Notes under the pieces: generated by a model
Seen by the model: only the letters and a program-made list of their open reading frames with translations
Told to the model about the DNA's origin: nothing
The model's database searches: none
Assembly: GCA_031416315.1 (NCBI GenBank)
Contig: JANOTL010000057.1
Location: 1-16,971 of the forward strand
DNA: 16,971 bases
From: Pseudomonadota bacterium
Lineage (GTDB): Bacteria; Bdellovibrionota_B; Oligoflexia; Oligoflexales; CAIYRB01
Direction: 5' to 3'
In this document: positions 15,539 to 16,971 of the stretch, one piece after another
Numbering within the stretch: position 1 is the stretch's first letter
Layout of the letters: each line of letters begins with the position of its first letter
Position numbers and translations under genes: made by a program

Positions 15539-16225
15539 ATGAACAAGCTGTCGCAGGCCCTAGTGGCCATCAAAGGTGTCCGCGGATTCTGGTCCTTGGT
15601 CAAAGACCTTCATCGGACGGAGGAGGTGTTCGAGGTCGTGAGCGGCGTGCACGATCCGAAGTTCCTCGCCCCGGTCGTCGCCCACTTCAAGAGCGACGCG
15701 CTCGGCGCCGCCGCCTTCGAGACGCGCCCGCGCATCGGCAAGATCGACCTCCAGGCGCTGAGGAAGCTGCCCATCGCCACGCTCGGCCGCGAATACGCGG
15801 ACCACATGCTCGCGCTGGGCCTCTCGCCCGATTTCCATCCGGCGTATGCGATCAAAGACGAATACGATTACATGCGTATGCACCTCTACGAGACGCACGA
15901 CCTCTGGCACGTCCTGACCGGCTTCGATACGTCGGAAGCCGGGGAGCTCGGCTTGCAGGCGTTCTACTCCGCGCAGTTCCCGCAGGGCCCGATCCCGCCG
16001 ATCCTGATGGCGGCCGGCCTTTTGAACGCCGTCCTCTTCTCCCGCGGTACGACGACCGAGCGTATGGACGCCATCGTCTTGGGCTATCAGCTAGGCAAGC
16101 GGGCGCGCCCGCTCTTCGGCCTCGATTTCTCCAAAGAATGGGGGACGACCTTGACCGAGCTCCGCGCGCGCTTCGGCATCGACACGAGCGTGTTCGCGTC
16201 GGGCCGGCGAGCGGCATCCGCATGA
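15539..16225 (+). CDS. Coq4-family protein, ~228 aa
   Basis: LRKLPIATLGREYADHM and the metal-binding motif HDLWHVLTGFDTSEAGE (HDxxH-x11-E). Start ATG 15539 with GGAG at 15527-15530 preferred over the track's TTG 15467. Confidence 0.9.
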   Translation: MNKLSQALVAIKGVRGFWSLVKDLHRTEEVFEVVSGVHDPKFLAPVVAHFKSDALGAAAFETRPRIGKIDLQALRKLPIATLGREYADHMLALGLSPDFHPAYAIKDEYDYMRMHLYETHDLWHVLTGFDTSEAGELGLQAFYSAQFPQGPIPPILMAAGLLNAVLFSRGTTTERMDAIVLGYQLGKRARPLFGLDFSKEWGTTLTELRARFGIDTSVFASGRRAASA

Positions 16226-16842
16226 CCAAGGCCGCCGCCGTGAAGAGACGTCGCGCCCCGCGCCAGGAAAGAGCCCGTGAGCTCTTCGACGCGGTGCTCG
16301 ACGCGGCCGCCAAAGAGTTGGTGAAAAGCGGCTACGTGCACTCCAGCACGAACCGCATCGCGGCGCGCGCAGGCGTCAGCATCGGCTCGCTCTACCAATA
16401 CTTCGAAGGCAAAGAGGCGATCGTCGCGGCCTTGATCGACCGCCACACGACCGAGATGAAGGCGCTGTGCCACACCGCGCTCATGCGGGCCGCGACCTTG
16501 CCGCTCGACCGCGCCGTCCGCGAGACGGTGGCCGCGATCGTCGCGGCGCACGCGATCGAGCCGAAGCTGCACAAAGTGCTGCACGAGCAGGTGCCGCGCG
16601 TCGGCAAGCTCCGAAAGATCGACCAGATGCACGAAGAGACGACGGCGATGGTCCATGCGCAGCTGCGCATGCGGCCAGAGCAAGTGACCGTGCAGGATCC
16701 GGAGCTTGCGGCTAATCTGGTGGTGCGGATGGTCGATGCGCTGGTTCATAGCAGCGTCGACATGATCTCGGAGAAGTGGTCGAAGGAGCGGGTAATCGAT
16801 GAGATCGTGGGGATCGTTATGCGGTATTTGACCGGGAATTGA
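16222..16842 (+). CDS. TetR/AcrR family transcriptional regulator, ~206 aa
   Basis: RRAPRQERARE...STNRIAARAGVSIGSLYQYFEGKEAI HTH. ATG 16222 overlaps the Coq4 stop (ATGA). Confidence 0.95.
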   Translation: MTKAAAVKRRRAPRQERARELFDAVLDAAAKELVKSGYVHSSTNRIAARAGVSIGSLYQYFEGKEAIVAALIDRHTTEMKALCHTALMRAATLPLDRAVRETVAAIVAAHAIEPKLHKVLHEQVPRVGKLRKIDQMHEETTAMVHAQLRMRPEQVTVQDPELAANLVVRMVDALVHSSVDMISEKWSKERVIDEIVGIVMRYLTGN

Positions 16843-16843
16843 C

Positions 16844-16971
16844 TTAGAAGACGACGCCGATCTCCAACCCCGATTCCGACTTCGTCATAAACCGCCGCCG
16901 CAAGCGCTCCGCCTCGCGGTCCGTCATGTTGGAATACGTGACGCTTTGCTGCGAGCCGTCGCCCTCGTCCT
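16844..16971 (-). CDS. 3' end of a gene running off the window, probable outer-membrane beta-barrel protein (partial)
   Basis: Manual translation ...DEGDGSQQSVTYSNMTDREAERLRRRFMTKSESGLEIGVVF-stop (TAA 16846-16844); terminal Phe with alternating hydrophobic residues resembles a beta-signal. Only 41 codons are visible. Confidence 0.5.
   Translation of the reverse strand, partial: DEGDGSQQSVTYSNMTDREAERLRRRFMTKSESGLEIGVVF

Noticed and set aside
15400..16221. 274-codon extension of the TetR frame across the Coq4 gene (possible fusion or frameshift)
   Set aside because: Low-information shadow sequence; TetR starts cleanly at the ATGA overlap and no slippery site was seen.

Overview
High-GC bacterial window. 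The gene content (TIGR02147/DUF4423-type HTH protein, MIDAS/VWA lipoprotein, NHL and Kelch lipoproteins) suggests Bdellovibrionota (Oligoflexia-like) or a related lineage; this is inference only. In order: (1) a minus-strand, tightly coupled unit of two GT4 glycosyltransferases and asnS; (2) a divergent VWA/MIDAS lipoprotein with a Gly/Asp/Thr repeat stalk behind a sigma-28-like promoter; (3) a polytopic membrane protein that looks like a shortened GT-C paralogue; (4) a ~1050-aa lipoprotein with two (Ig-like + NHL propeller) units, divergent from a TIGR02147-type gene that is coupled by an ATGA overlap to a lipoprotein with an unrecognised GGD...HEYL domain and a 7-blade Kelch propeller; (5) a second, fuller-length GT-C-like membrane protein, divergent from a Coq4-family + TetR pair with two inverted operator-like sites; (6) the 3' end of a probable outer-membrane protein. 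No rRNA, tRNA, CRISPR array or mobile element was recognised. The best novelty candidates are the TIGR02147 + secreted-protein module with a recurring GACACG-N3-CGTGTC palindrome, and a possible surface-protein glycosylation locus. All family calls come from motif recognition by eye, not database searches.
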